44,504 bases of DNA from a bacterium (GTDB lineage: Bacteria > Bacillota_I > Bacilli_A > RFN20 > CAG-826): positions 1 through 44,504 of the forward strand of contig JAQXNS010000065.1 in the NCBI GenBank assembly GCA_029098125.1, given 5' to 3'. The position numbers and the translations under genes are program-made. Shown here in pieces: positions 43,876 through 44,504 of the stretch (position 1 is its first letter; every line of letters begins with the position of its first letter). The notes beneath the pieces are model-generated. The model saw nothing but the letters and a program-made list of their open reading frames with translations, was not told the origin of the DNA and ran no database searches.

Positions 43876-44504
43876 TGATGAATTTTACAATATTTGAAAA
43901 CGAGACAACAGGAAGAGAATCATTTGTAGATCTTTTCACCTCCAACATTGCAATTATTATCTATATTATTTTTATTGCTCTTGCAATTATAGGTATTGCA
44001 GTTCTTTTTATTGTAAACGAATCATTAACTAACGAAAAAATTCAAAAAATCAATACTGATTCAACTGTAATTCTTGATAAAAACGGAAGAAGAATTCGCC
44101 CTAATGGTGAAAATGAAGAAAAAAGTGAAGTTGAAGAAGTCGGATTTGGCAAAAAGACAAAAAAATCAAATCTAGATCGTTTCCAAAAATTATCACTTTT
44201 AGATAAAGAATACCCTCATAAAGAACATATTCAATCAACTGAAGATTTAACACTTGAATATATTGCTCGTAGATTCCGTTCTTTTGCAAGCCACATTCAA
44301 GGCAACCCACTTTATTATTCAATTGATGATATTAGAAGATTTATTGCATCAATGGGCGTAAGCAAAATCATGATATTACAAGGTATGTCAGGAACAGGTA
44401 AAACATCTTTACCAGTTGCTTGGGGAAAATTTACAAATGTTCAAACAACTGTTGTTCCAGTTCAACCAATGTGGAAAGAAAGAAGCGATTTGATTGGTTA
44501 TTAC
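43875..44504 (+). CDS. membrane-anchored McrB-like AAA+ NTPase, N-terminal 210 aa (truncated by the window end; absent from the ORF track)
   Basis: Hand translation from the ATG at 43875 (AGGAGG 7 nt upstream, TAATG overlap with the previous gene) is open to the last base. It has a TM helix (IAIIIYIIFIALAIIGIAVLFIV). ILQGMSGTGKTSLP...VVPVQPMWKERSDLIGYY parallels McrB LILQGPPGCGKT...VQFHQSYSYEDFIQGY. Confidence 0.6.
   Translation, partial: MMNFTIFENETTGRESFVDLFTSNIAIIIYIIFIALAIIGIAVLFIVNESLTNEKIQKINTDSTVILDKNGRRIRPNGENEEKSEVEEVGFGKKTKKSNLDRFQKLSLLDKEYPHKEHIQSTEDLTLEYIARRFRSFASHIQGNPLYYSIDDIRRFIASMGVSKIMILQGMSGTGKTSLPVAWGKFTNVQTTVVPVQPMWKERSDLIGYY

Overview
Visibly AT-rich chromosomal segment. 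More than 40 full-length conserved genes have no in-frame TGA, so it uses the standard genetic code rather than code 4. Gene content and order resemble a reduced Bacillota or Mollicutes-type lineage (Acholeplasma- or Erysipelotrichia-like).

The window opens with the tail of an rRNA operon (23S 3' end, 5S). It then runs through a compacted version of the classic Bacillus-type housekeeping neighbourhood:
- asp23-yloV-plsX-rnc-ftsY-ylxM-ffh
- an inverted rpsP-KH-rimM-trmD block
- rplS-rbgA-rnhB-dprA-topA-trmFO-xerC
- rpsB-tsf-pyrH-frr-cdsA-dxr-rseP-polC

An IS30-like element sits between xerC and rpsB. It has a Cys-rich insert in its transposase and roughly 48-bp terminal inverted repeats that are themselves palindromic.

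After polC come:
- tRNA-Arg(CCU)
- a GC-rich promoter-to-T8 segment of about 95 nt, built of degenerate ~30-nt modules
- a 169-aa ORF without a Shine-Dalgarno sequence (SD), a possible RNase toxin
- an MFS transporter, yaaA, tRNA-Ala(GGC) and guaA
- a minus-strand BMP-lipoprotein/ABC nucleoside-transporter/xpt operon behind a guanine-class purine riboswitch

The window ends in a tightly packed operon. It encodes three membrane proteins, a degenerate McrB-like pseudo-NTPase and a membrane-anchored McrB-like AAA+ NTPase that is cut by the window edge and missing from the ORF track.

A 21-27-nt motif (AAAAACCCYGCAAAACTCAACT) occurs five times. Four copies abut stop codons. One lies inside dxr as an exact 22-nt reverse-complement match to the yaaA 3' copy.

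The candidates most worth follow-up are the RNA/169-aa ORF pair, the McrB-like membrane operon and the repeated motif. All homology calls rest on motif recognition by eye; no database search was possible.
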